DNA of 64,000 bases from positions 186,001 to 250,000 of the forward strand of contig LSRY02000054.1 of NCBI GenBank assembly GCA_001643675.2, given 5' to 3'. The position numbers were made by a program, and so were the translations under genes. Source of the stretch: Monocercomonoides exilis PA203 (taxonomy: Eukaryota; Protista; Preaxostyla). This document shows, piece after piece, positions 34,085-46,739 of the stretch (position 1 is its first letter; every line of letters starts with the position of its first letter). The notes beneath the pieces are model-generated. The model was not told where the DNA came from. It ran no database searches and saw only the letters and a program-made list of their open reading frames with translations.

Positions 34085-35038
34085 TCTGACTATTCCTTAT
34101 ATACTGAAAACAATATAAAAAATATAAAAAGTGGGAAAAATCAACTTATTATTAAAAAAAAAGTCCGGGTTTTTAAAAAAGTTCGGGTTAATAAATCACC
34201 ATACATTTTTTTCTAAATAAAGTTAAAGATTAGAAATTAATTATTATCCTAGTGTTTCAATTTTTTGAAAATAAGAAATAATAAAAAAAACAGAAAAAAT
34301 AATCGGATAAAAATAACAGCAAGCACGATGCTTGAAACAAAAAGATTGTGAAAATCAGAAAGTGTCTTTTATCATGCTCATCAAACAAAAAATTATTTCG
34401 TTTTTTTTATGAAAAAATAAAAGAAAAATAAATCAAAGAGAAAAAGGAGTATTTCGTTTCATAATTATTAGTCAATTTCTTTTTATAATTGAAAAATGAT
34501 TGCGAAATAACTAGTAATTGAGTATTTTTCAAAAAAAAAAAATTATTTTGAATATGCTTAATAACTAGTTATTTCACAAACAAATTTTCATTTTTTCAAA
34601 CTTTTTCATAATAAAACATCGAAAGAAGTTATTATGAATTCAAACTTTGAGTTTGAAATAGAGTTATCTCAAATAAAAAAGTTTCGATTCAAAGTTTTGG
34701 TTATTATTCTTAATCTTTTTTTTTTCTTTGTTCATTCATTTTCTTGTAAATTCCATTAATAGACTGAGATTATTATTTTGTGAATTGTTTCTTTCTTTCT
34801 TTTTAAACTTCCTTTGAAATTTCGATTATAATCATTTTTTCTTCATTTTGTTCAGCTCTGATAAACAAGATAGAATTATATTTATTTTTATTTTTATTCT
34901 TTTGCTTCAATGTTTAATTTTGAAGAAATGAAGAAGTGAATTTAATGATTGAAAAAATTATAAAAGAAAGCCTCAAATATTTGTCAAAATAATTATAAGA
35001 AGAAAGTAAATAAAAATATTACAATAGAGTCACAAAAT

Positions 35039-36486
35039 TCATGGAGCTTCGTTTCCTTTATTATAAGTTAAACAATCTTCAATATTAAAATAAAAACCAT
35101 AATGATTTTCTTTGTTAAAAAGAGAAATGAATCCATGAAAGCTTGAGATGGAGTCTTCGAATCCTTCTTCTTCCATCTTTTTAATCATTTTCCTTTTCAT
35201 CATTTTCCTTTTCGCTTCTGTTTCATCAACCTCCTTTCCTTTCAATCGATGTGAAATTGCACTTAACATGCTCAAGCATTCTTTTGGGACTTTCTCTTCA
35301 AATGTTGATTGCCAAATGTTCCCACAAATCACATCAATAACTTCATTCTCCAACAAAGCGTCAATTCCAATTGCATTATCACCCACTGCAATGGTGAATA
35401 TACAAATGCACATGTTGCTAATTTCTTTGTGATTATCCTTTGCTGCTCGAAATAACTGAACAACACTGTCAATAAGCACTATGCATTCTTCATTCATCAC
35501 TTCTTGTAATCCGCAGAATGAATACACTGTTTGGAGCCATCTCAATAAAACAAGCTCTTCTTTCTCTCCTTTTCCTCCATTTCTCTCTTCTTCTTTTCTC
35601 TTCCAATCCACTTTTCCCTTCAGCTCTTCCAATTCTCTTGCTGCCTCTCTCGCGAAATGCAACTCATACACAATCGCGCCTTTCAAACTTGAGTCAGCCA
35701 ACAATTTGTTCACCAAAAACTGTCAAGCACACTGATACGCAAGACGTGTCAGGTTATGATGCTCCTTATGATATTGGAAAATATCTTCGATTTCATTCAA
35801 ATACATCTCTTTTTCAACTTCCTTACAAAAAATGAAATAGAAATTCAAAAACATTACAAATTAAATGAAAAATTTCACACATAATATTCAACATTGCTCA
35901 ATGCAACAAAAGCCATTTCCACTTCTTTTTGTAACTCCTTGCTTTCTTTTTTCTTCATTGCAACTTTCAGAAGATAAGAGACACAGATTGAAAGTAATTC
36001 ATATGGGAAGGCGTAGCCTAAAGAAATAAAGCATTCAGAAAGATCCATAAGCAGCTTTTCATTCTTTTCTTCTTTTTCCTTCTTTTCTTCTTCATTTATC
36101 TTCTTCTCAAAAAAATTGCAAAGCTCAGAATACGAGAAGTTTCTATTCCGATGACATTTCAGCATTTTGTTGTATCCAATGCACTTTAAGAGCATAATCA
36201 TATTTTCAGAAGGAAATAACTTTTCTTCAATCATTTGTTTCATTCTATTGAACAGATCTGTTGTGACCACAGAATCAAATTCTTTTTCATCCATTTCCTC
36301 CATTAGTAAATTCATCTCTTAGTTTATTCTTTTCTGTTCAATTTCTGTGCTACGCGCCAGTTCAGAAAACAATTCTTCAACAATAAAAATGAGAAAAGTA
36401 ACGGATCATAAAGAATTGAATTCCATAAACAATTGGACACCATTGAACTTTATTGAGTTCTCCATCTCCTGCATTTTCTGAAACAT
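35039..36486 (-). pseudogene. Third copy of the LTRLAYQ family (intron-containing, two in-frame stops)
   Basis: ORFs 35875..36315 and 35039..35716. NLTRLAYQCA*QFLV has TGA where the first copy has Trp. TAA near 36320. Confidence 0.8.
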
Positions 36487-38548
36487 ATTGCAAACAGAAA
36501 ACAACGAATATTCGTCATTCAAATTGAATTCGAATAATGTTGGATTGAAGAATTAGTGAAAAATAAAAACTCAAAAATACCATAAAAACTATGAGTTCAC
36601 ACTATATTTCTATACACAAATATATTTGGCAATGTTTTATGAAGAAAAAATAAATTTAATCTTCTTTTGTTTGATGTTATGGATGTGTTGATCGATTTGT
36701 TTTGTTTGAACAGGAATAACAATTGGCTGAATGAGAATTCCAGAGTGAACATTACCTATAGAACTGGGAATATTATTTCCTGTGGAGATAACAAGAAACG
36801 AGGCAATGCAATATTTTTGAAATTCTAACATTTGATTTTTGTTAATTGGATGACCAAGGGGAATGCAACAATTTCATCAATAACACAAAAAGACATTATG
36901 TATGTAATTTTTATTGTTCTATTGATTGTGAAGATATTTCCATCTGTATCCTCTCCAGAGTCCAGAAATCCTGCTTATTGTTGAAATGGCCAATCTCCAC
37001 TTTATGGAGCAATACGATGTAAATGGAGCAGATTGTTATATAGCAATTAGGATATAAAGGAAGTTACACAGGATACATTATTTTCATAATTTTTATTTGG
37101 TGCAAGAGGTGAAAACAAATTCGACTGATGTTTTATTGAATGAAGATTTATGGATGGAATTCTGTGAAGGACAAAATCTGCACAAAATTATATAGAATTT
37201 GGAATTTAATGCAGTGGAGCAGTTTGTGGTATTTTTTGGGCAAGGAAAACAACTGGCAATATCAAGGGAAGGATATTAGTCACAAAAAAAGGCAATAATT
37301 CAACGAAAAAAGGAGAACCCCAAAATATCGGTTTTATTAGTAAGGTTTTCCTATTTCTTGGTCTGTGCCAGACAGACATGGAAAGCGACGAATTTCTATT
37401 TCTGATTCCGCTTATGCTCCAAAAAAGTGGAGAAACGCCAACTACGAGACATCCAATTATCGAATACTTGTTGGCGGTCGAACAACATTCAGGCCAATCG
37501 CTTTTGGATTTCATTCTTCGAAGGGACAGCCATTTTGAGCAAGCAAGGCGATTATCATTCGAAGTTTGCTTTCTTCGATGCCACAGGCAACTACAGAAAA
37601 ATGCAGAATATTTTTGATCAGCCTCTTCAAGCTCAGCCATCCAGAGATTTTATTGTAATGTTCCATTTGCGTGGCATCGATGCAGAGTTGATTTGTGGGG
37701 ACTTTGTTGCTTCGTTTTGGGTGCTCTGAGGTTTTTGCAGAAATTAGACAAGACAGCCATGTTTTCTCAGACGAACATCGAGAATGAAGAATTTCTCTGG
37801 CGACTGTTTTAAATATTTATTTCTGATTGTTATGATGTTGGTTTGTGATTATCTTGTGTTGTGGCTTCTATTAGAAATGGTTTTTAAAAATGGAGAATTC
37901 TTCAGATTCTGCTTTCAAGCGAACCTATTTTCTGGTGCTGATTAAGTTCGCTCTGCTGCTTGTGCGCCAACAAGACGAATGAAGTATCATGCATTCATTC
38001 ATCTTCTTTGCGAGTTGCATCAATGATTGAAACAGTGGCATTTTTTTAATGTGAGAGTGCATTCACAGCGCGTTGTAGCTAATGCAATGAGACGGGGAAT
38101 TCAATTGTTTATTGGTGGGAGACAGCAGCGGAGATGCAAGAAAAGCCAAAGAATGCTTCAATCAGATGGAGGACAAGGGAGACATTTGTTGCAGAAGCAG
38201 AACTGCAGAGGAAGGAGACGAATGACAACGAAAGAAAAAGGAGAGGAAGAGGAAGGGGAAGAGGAAGGGGAAGGGGAAGGGGAAGAGGAAGAGGAAGAGG
38301 AAGAAGAAGAGGAAGGGGAAGAGGACGACATTTCGGAGAAATATAGAGAAATAAAGGAATGTTGTCTCTGATGAGGATAATGTGCGGATGAAGGAAAAGG
38401 AATAATTCGATATAGAACGTGGCAATAATATAAATAATATGAAATGAAAACAGAAAAGATGTGAACACATGCATTCAAATCAAACTTCTTCTTCTGCGAT
38501 TAAAAATCATCTATCTCCATCAGCTTCAACGATGTTCCACCTTATTCT

Positions 38549-39650
38549 TCATTCATTGCCAAACCTTTTATGTTGTTCCTTATCTTTTCCCACACCCTCT
38601 GCGCTTCCATCTGAAGTTATACCCAAAGACCCATCTACTGTTTCTTCTTCTGCTTTCCTGTTGTCCTGCTGAATGCCATCAGATGGAGAAGAACTGCACA
38701 CTTCACTTTCCATTGAATGCTGCTTGTCTATATCTGTCTTCACCTCTGCCTTCATAAACCTCAGCAAAACCAGCCCAAGCGCCTCCACAACCAGCTGCGC
38801 CATCGCTTCTTCCAGCTTCCTATGATTCTCTTTGGTTTGTTTTTTAACGAACTCTCTGCGTGCTATCGGATAGCCGCCTTTCATCTCATCCCCTTCACCT
38901 TCCTTTGCCTCTTCTCGCTTCTCTAACACCGCCAGCTCAATAGCTGCTGGCGACAGAACCACATCCTCCATCCCAAGCCCCGCCGCCGACAACCCCTTCT
39001 CCATAATCTCCCCCACTTCACGCACTGCAACCCATCTCCCCACATTTCATCTTTCAACTTCTCCATCAAATATTTCAACTGAGATGATCGCCGTATGTGC
39101 ATTGAAGGGCCAAACTGATCGTAGATCGATGGGAACACATTCACATCCGCTGCAGAAAAGAGTCGATTATTCTCCTCCTTCATGCCCACCGATGTTGCAA
39201 GCGACGGAAGCGGCTCCACCAGCGGAACCGAAAGCATCGCCGAAAGCGCCACATCGTACGCACACGCAACACCCCCAATCAGCGCAGCCAGCCGAGCAAC
39301 AACATATCCCCGCAGCGTCTGCAGTACATACACCTTGGCTGCCTCAGTTACAACAATCAGCTGCAATCTCTCTATGTCGTCCATCACTGCTGCTTATGTA
39401 AATGGCGCTACCATCTCCGAGGCATCCAAAGGATCAATCACAGACGCGTTGAATGATGAAAGTGATAACTACTCAACCACTGCCGCCTTCTTCTCTTCGC
39501 TTCTCAACCTCAGGAATGGCGAAGCGGACAAAGATTACTAAAGGCGCTGAGTGAAGATACAATTACTGAGCTGCCCATACTACAAGAATCTTTTTTGGAT
39601 TCCCCACCACGACTTCTGGCAGCTCCACCGGCGACACAAACACCATGTCT
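38549..39650 (-). pseudogene. GC-rich decayed coding sequence of unknown product
   Basis: Overlapping ORFs 38923..39387 and 38549..39043 (frameshift). The upstream frame continues through five TAA/TAG codons. Confidence 0.5.
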
Positions 39651-40299
39651 TCATTCAAAGAAAAAAATGTGGGTCATCCGTAAAAGCTCGCTGTTATCGT
39701 GCAGCAAGAAATGATGAAGCAGAATGTATTCAGAAGTTGCACAGAAATAAGAAGAAAAAGAAAAGCGAGCGATATTTCATGAAAAGAAAGCTTCAATGAA
39801 TATGAATAATGATTTTATCCAAAGATGAGCAATTTTATTGTCAGTTTTATCGATTTCATTGTGTGCTTTTCAAAATACACATTTTTCATTCAGTTGAAAT
39901 ATCAATCGTTTGTTTGATGCTCTGGACATCTCTTGCAACATTGATAAATACTTGTCGCAAAACTCTATCATAAATAATTGAAACTTTGTATCTCAAACGG
40001 ATATTTTTGAACTGGCATTTTTGATTGGAATGAATGAAAAAATCAAAAAAAATAAAATAATTAAATTATTCTCAAATTTAGCTTTCTTTCGAAAGATTAT
40101 TTTGCGATTTTCGGAGTTACAGCGCTCAAAAAAGAAAAAAATGCAATCTCAAAACAAGCAAAGTTGAACTGAAAAAGAAAATAAAAATTGATGATTGAAA
40201 ACTGAAAACAAAATTTGCTTCAAATGAAAAGAAAAACTCTTTGTCTCAATGAAATAGCAAAAAGAAAAGAAAAAATCAAAACACTCAAACAATGCAATA

Positions 40300-42329
40300 T
40301 TACAGAATCAAATAAACTGCAACAACAAACAAAGCAAGCAAACACCTGAAAAGCGCAGATTCCACGATTTTGAAGAGATTGAATGCAAAGCATCCAGCTT
40401 TGCCAACAAAGCTTTCCCACCATTTGCAATCCGAGCCTTCGAACCTTGCATAATAATCCCTTCGCATTTTCAATGCTTCTTCGGTGTCTGACTTGCTCAG
40501 CCGAAATCGTGATGTGTCTCTCTTTGCGCTCCCAATGTCTTCCTCTGGTATCCAATCAAGCCTTTTGTGGAACTCGCCAAATCCAACAACCGCCTCCCCC
40601 TTTGAAAGCTCGCTCAATCCAAGTTTCATCCTCAGCCACTCAAACTTCTGAACCGCAAAGCAATGCTTGCTAACACCCTCTTCGTGCATCCACGCATATC
40701 CCAACTCCAAATGCCCGCGCTTATTTCCATAAAAAGTCAAACAAATCTCAACAGCAGCAAAAGGAACAATCAAAGAAGCAATGCAAAAGCCAAAATGCAG
40801 CTTGATTGAGCCATCCAACTTCAGCGGGACAAGAATCAAAAATGGAAGCACAATCACACTGGCGCCTGCCAGTCCAACTAAAATAAGCGCTTTGTCAGTG
40901 TGTGTCAATGCTTCTCCAAATTTTCTATCACAACAGAACATGACAAAGAAGCGGGCACAGATGATCGAAACACTCAAAATTGGCAGCATAAATATGTCGT
41001 GCCATTTGTGTGATGTCAAACTCACTAAAACTCGATAAATGTGTGCTGTTTAACATCACGCAATGAATTTGACAACAAAGAAAGAAAAAGAAAAGATTAA
41101 TTTTCAAAAATTTCAAATTCATCAACCAGATCAAACCGTCTGCTTTCAGCGAAGCAATCACAAAAAACATCAGCATAAGACCAGCTGAAATGACATCCAA
41201 CAGCAAATACAGGTATTTTGAAAATGAAGCTGCCTGCTCATATTCACACACCAATATTGCTGCAAATATCAAAGCAACAAGTCCAAAATATGGCCATATG
41301 AACAGAAATATCGGAATGTGCTTCCAAAAATAGTCGAAATACATCGCAGTCAAAAGAATAATTCCGCTGGCAATATACCACCATTTGTTTGAATACTCGT
41401 GCTTTTTCAAGTGCGAACTGAAATGATATATCAAATAAGACAATCCAATCAGAAGTGTTGAAAATGTCAAAGTGTCTGCGAACGACTTATTGGTTGCTTC
41501 TCCATTCATTCTTTCTCTATAAGCAATTTCGCTATTCCTCGAGAAACTGAGCAATCCAAGAACTAATAAAATTACAGCTGTGATTAGCATGATGGAACAA
41601 AGAGTTTCTATAAGGGTCTTTTTTATCAATTTTTTCCTATTCTCCCCAGAGATCCGTGGAAAATCTCGTATGTATGCCAACTCTTTGTATATTCTAAATG
41701 AAACAGAGAATATTCGCACAAAACACATAAATTAAAGACAAACAACCAGTTAAAAAATAAAAAATGTTCAAATGCTTCAGAATACAAACCGCAATGTCTC
41801 GTTCCATCCCTTTGTGCTCACCCCGTATTTGTGGCTCTCTTTCCAGCCTTCTTCCGAATTTGGCTGAAATTTGGAAATGTCTCGAAATGCACAATCTGGC
41901 AGAAGGCAAATCTTGTGCATGAAGGGAATTATCGCTTGACACTTGATTTTCGCACATCTGTACAACCAGTGGGAAAAGGCAATAAAAAGCATCAAATGTT
42001 GATTCTTTCTTTGAAAAATATGAAAAAACAAAAAAGACGAACTCTTCCGTTTTTGAGAGGAGATTGAATCGGCGATTCACCTGCGATAACGAAAGAACCG
42101 TTGAAAAGTTACATTTCCCAAAGATCCTATTTGCAACAATCACACACAAAAAGGGCAAATCTTGTTTCATCAATAGATTTCATGAATTAAAACTCAAACA
42201 TCTTCAAAATATCATCGGGAAGGCTGCCTGAAGAAAACGATTCCAAAACATAAAATATTGCAAATGTTGCACATCCACACCTAAACATTCATCTACAGCA
42301 CCCTTGGAAGAGCTTTCTCTCGTTTCCAT
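40300..42329 (-). CDS. F-box domain plus multi-pass TMEM185-like membrane protein (multi-exon)
   Basis: Splicing the GT..AG intron 42127-42199 gives SLPDDILKMIFGKCNFSTVLSLSQVNRRFNLLSK, a typical F-box. Downstream are many hydrophobic helices with LKADGLI and LKLDGSI motifs. The start and remaining exon borders are approximate. Confidence 0.7.
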
Positions 42330-43749
42330 GTAAAACTGAAACAATATTTTATGGGGTTGTTTTTCAAAAAATCAAAAAAGAATTGGAATACACTTTCTAT
42401 TTGATAAAATTGTGCATTATAACAAAATGTCAAACAATTCAAAAATCTTGCAACAAATATGTTTCATTCCTTATTTCATCAAAAATCATTCAAATAATAA
42501 CTATTGCATCAACCAATCTCTCGTTTTGTGAAAGTTTTTTCATATGTTTCATTTCGTTTTTCATTCACTATTGCTTGTGAATGTCTTTCATCATCCTTTT
42601 TCTGCATAAAGAATTTTCAAATAGAATAATTCAACATTGAGGTGGTTGAATGGAGCATAAATATGAAACCACATTTAACAAACATGAGAAAGTGTCATCT
42701 TATAAAAATTGATATTAATCCATTTCAACATTTAACAGACACTGTCATGGTGTTTGTCTAAATGAACAAGACTTGACTTGCAGCGTTTCATTTTACAGAA
42801 TCGTTCAACTCACACACAACTTTGTATTTTCAGGTTCATTTATCTGTGAAAGCCTCTAGATTTTTACTGACATCCTAGCTGATATCATGAAACTGCCAAT
42901 ACAAAATCATGGGAAGGGTTCATTTCAAACGTTGATTTCGATAAATGCTCATTGCAAATATCGCTATTGTGTATTGTTTTTATGTTTCACCTCCTCCAAA
43001 TGTTCAACAATGAACTGAGCTTGGCTCCAGATGAGACAGATGAGAAAGAACAATATAAGAAGCTTAAGGAAGATAGACACTCTCTCGGAAACAAAAACAC
43101 ATTAATATAGATTTTAATAAATATCACAATGAAACGGTTTATTTGGAAATACGATCGAAGAGTGAGTCAATTATATTGATTTGAAAAAGAAAGATATCAC
43201 AATATGTGAGCTATTTCAATTCTTTTGGAAGAAACAAGAAAATAAACTGAAATTTTCTTAAGAGATGGTGAATCAACATAAAATTGATAATATTTTTTAA
43301 AACCTCATTTTTTCTGTTGTCCGCATTTAATGTGAAAGAAACAATTTTTGAGTAAAAGAATTATTTCAGGAGTTTCTGCATTGAAAAAAATTGAAATCTT
43401 TCATGTTCATAACATGAAAACCAATAGTGAAACATTTTTTTTTCATGATTTTTCTTTATTTAGTTGTCTTTATCAATCACTTTGTCTTGATCAACTTTTT
43501 CAAACATTTTTAAAACCATCTCTGAAAAAGTGGGTTGATCGAATATATACAAGGTATTAACTTTTGCTTCGATTCCTTCGTCAGTTACTATTCCAAGTTG
43601 AGTTTTTATTTGTTGAGGTATTTTTCCAAAGATAAAAAATCACTTTTCAAACGATCTTGGATTGAAGAAAACCATTTATTGAATCGGTTTGCATTTGCAT
43701 TAAGGATGTGTTGATCATTTGTGATATTGATCAAGAAACATCAAATTTC

Positions 43750-46176
43750 ATGCTTTTTGTTTTATTGACTTTCACATTGTCAGTTACACAAGCAGCGAAT
43801 GCAGCAGAGATCTATGAAGTTTTCGTGAAGCAAACAGGAGATAACAACAAAAGTGGCACTGAGATCGTTAAGGAAAGGAAATCATTGAAAAGTGCATATG
43901 ATCTGCTTGGAGATGATGAAGCATGTGAGATCTATGTTGTTTTTGATGAAAAAGTTCTTTCAGTTGAGAAAATTACATTCAACAAAAGTTATGGAATAAC
44001 TATTGAAGGAATTCACAGCGATGGAAATGGAAACACAATGGTCGCAATAGATTGTGATGTGCATTCAAATGGAAATCTTTTCGCATGCCTAAAAAATGTG
44101 GAATTCACTTTTTTGGCATTCCATTTTCCTGAAATTTTGAGTAGTGGTGGAACATTTCCATTGATTCATGGATACAAGGGGGAGCTAACAATTAAAAATT
44201 GCCAATTTATTCTGACATAATCATCTGGATCAAAAGTTAATTATTATCTTGTACTTTTTGAAGTCGGTAATATATTTATGGATAATGTTGAGTGTGCTGA
44301 TGATAGTCACAATGTGGTCATTTCATATCCAGTTTTCGTGATAAGAGATCAAAATCATGCATTGTTGACGAATGTGACTTTGAATAAAATGTCAAGTGAT
44401 TACTCAATTGTGTATATATATTGTGGAAGTTCCAGTAAATAAGATGTTGCTCTGAATAACTGCACATTCACTGAATGTCAAACAGAAATGTTTGGAACAT
44501 TGGAAGTTTATAACAATAACAGTGAAAGCGCATTAACAGTAGGAGATGTCGGTGTGACATCTTTCACCTCTTGCAGTTGCACTGGCGGCCAATCCGGTGG
44601 AATCTATTTGGAAATGCCAAACATTCAATCAGCATCTCAACTGAAATGGCCAACAAATGGAAGGAACTTGGTATTTCAGGATTGCTTTTGTGGAGAAGGA
44701 GAGTCAAAAAGAAACATTGGGCTGTTCATTCGAATGAAAAATGATTCTTTGTTCAAAGATATTGCAGATTCAATGATGAACAGTTTTGCAGCTGATTACA
44801 CAAGAAAAGATAACTCTTGGTATGTTGTTGGATATGACAATAGCACTAGAAAATAATATAATTTCACAAGTTTATATTTTGATCCTCCTCCTCTAAAGCT
44901 AGATAATATAACAAGGGCATTTGTGAAGAAAGGAGGGAAGGGAAATGGAATCGATGTTAATTCGGCAATCAACAGCATATATGATGCTTATGATTTCTTG
45001 GAAAAGAATGGGAAATGTTTCATTGACATTATCAAAACAACTGATCTAGTCAAAGCAGAAGCAATAAGTTTCGACATAGCTAGTGGAATAACATTCGAAG
45101 GAGTGAATGACAATGGAGAGGGAAATACAGAAGTTTCCATTGATTGTGATGTTTCTGTTTCATCAATTCTCTTTTCTTGTCAGAATGTCGTGGAATTCAA
45201 GTATTTGGCCTTCCAATTCTCTTCAACAGAAAAGAATTGGGACTCATTGATCAGCGCTGGATCAGGTTCAACATCATTGAAAATATCAACAAGTCGATTT
45301 GTCAGAATTGGTTCACAATCACAAGAAGGAATGAATTCAAATGCTGATGGAGACAGCCCGTTGGCAAGCAGTCTTGTGAGTGTGACATCTGGAAGTGTGG
45401 AAATGGACACAGTGAAATGCACAGATGAAACCTCATTTGTGACATTCTCATCATCACCATTTTCATTTTCTGGAGCCAGTGAAGTGTCATTGAGTGGAAT
45501 GGACATCAACAAAGTGAATATGGAAAGTGGAGCAGCAATCAGCATCAATGATGGGAGTGATTCATCTTCGAAGGTTTCAATCGAAGGATTGAACATGAGT
45601 GAAGTGAAATCGGAGAAAGGAGCAGCAGCAGGGTTGGATATCACCCTCGGTTCAGAAGAATCAAGAGTGGCCATTGGAAGGTCAAGCAAATGCTCATTCA
45701 AGTCATGTTCAGCACCAGAAGGGAAATCAGGAGCAATATTCATTGACATGCCCAAGGCAACATCGAATCTGCAACTCCCATCAGAACACAACCTGGAGAT
45801 TGACAGCTCAAACACAGCTGGCTCGAAAACAACATCTCTGCTTATCATTGCCCCAGACTTCGAAGAATTCTGCAAACAAGAAGATGCCTTTGAGTTTGCG
45901 AATGATTATGATGATTCCACTGTTGGTTGGATTGTGGGAGCAAAAGATGCAGAATCAGAGCCTGAGGATGTGTATGAGAAGTATGTGAAAGTGAGACAAG
46001 AGAAACTGAAAGATCAAAACAAAAAGAATAAAATAGGGATCATTGTTGCTATTGTTGTGCCGATGGTTGTTGTTGTGGCAGCTGTTGTTGTGATTGTGAT
46101 TGTTGTTGTTGTTGTAAAGAAAAGGAAATCAAGAAATGAAGAGAATAACGGAAAGGAACAAGAAATGAATGAATGA
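43750..46176 (+). pseudogene. Single-pass surface protein with internally duplicated module; three in-frame TAA stops, no frameshift
   Basis: Signal-like MLFVLLTFTLSV. ORFs 43708, 44488 and 44923 share one frame, with TAA at 44218, 44440 and 44854. Duplicated motif AYD.L..GIT.EG...G.GNT.V.IDCDV..VEF..LAF.F. C-terminal Val/Ile-rich TM followed by KKRKSR. Confidence 0.8.
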
Positions 46177-46739
46177 TTTTAAAGGGATCCATCATTTATT
46201 TTCAAAAACAACATTTGTTCTTGTTCTTCATAGTGTATTCATTTGTATATTATTATCATGTTTTTTTTATTTCTTTTTCAATTTGTTTAATTGTTTTTTT
46301 CAATGATATTTTTACCCTTGTTTGTTATTTATCACTTGATTAACACAATAAAAACTACAAAAAATCGTCAAATTCATCTTTTTATTGATAAATGTTGATG
46401 CAATTTAATATTTGTATTTTTGTTGAATGAGAAGAATTAACTATCTCTTTTGAGAAATCAAAAAGCAACATCCTCAAAAATTACAAAACACTCATTTCAA
46501 AAATTGTTATTCATTTGTTGTTGTTTTTTATAAACAGTAACTTCTTTTCGAAAAATACTTATAAACTTTGTTGAGTCATTTTCCATTCAATTACTGAAAA
46601 AAAAAAACAATTCTTTCGATTCAATCAAAAAAATGATAATCAGATCATAACAAAATAAAAAAGGAATTAAACAGTTATTTCACATCATCCATTAAGCATG
46701 AAATTGTTTGTTCCAATTTTACGATCAAAATAAGAAGTA

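Larger units (their letters stand above)
31908..34201 (-). mobile_element. pogo-type (IS630-Tc1-mariner superfamily) DNA transposon, 2294 bp including a nested MITE
   Basis: Left TIR GGGTGATTTATAAACCCGAACTTTTTT, right end AAAAAAGTTCGGGTTAATAAATCACCA. TA at 31906-07 and 34202-03. Internal DDE_1 transposase. Confidence 0.9.

Noticed and set aside
36900-37700. CDK-like kinase remnant (SPEILL)
   Set aside because: Only one short motif; no other kinase subdomain can be read with confidence.
2713-46176. Genome-wide TAA/TAG = Gln code
   Set aside because: Two ORFs over 2000 aa and the kinase frame contain no TAR, and stops in decayed genes also replace Trp and Lys.
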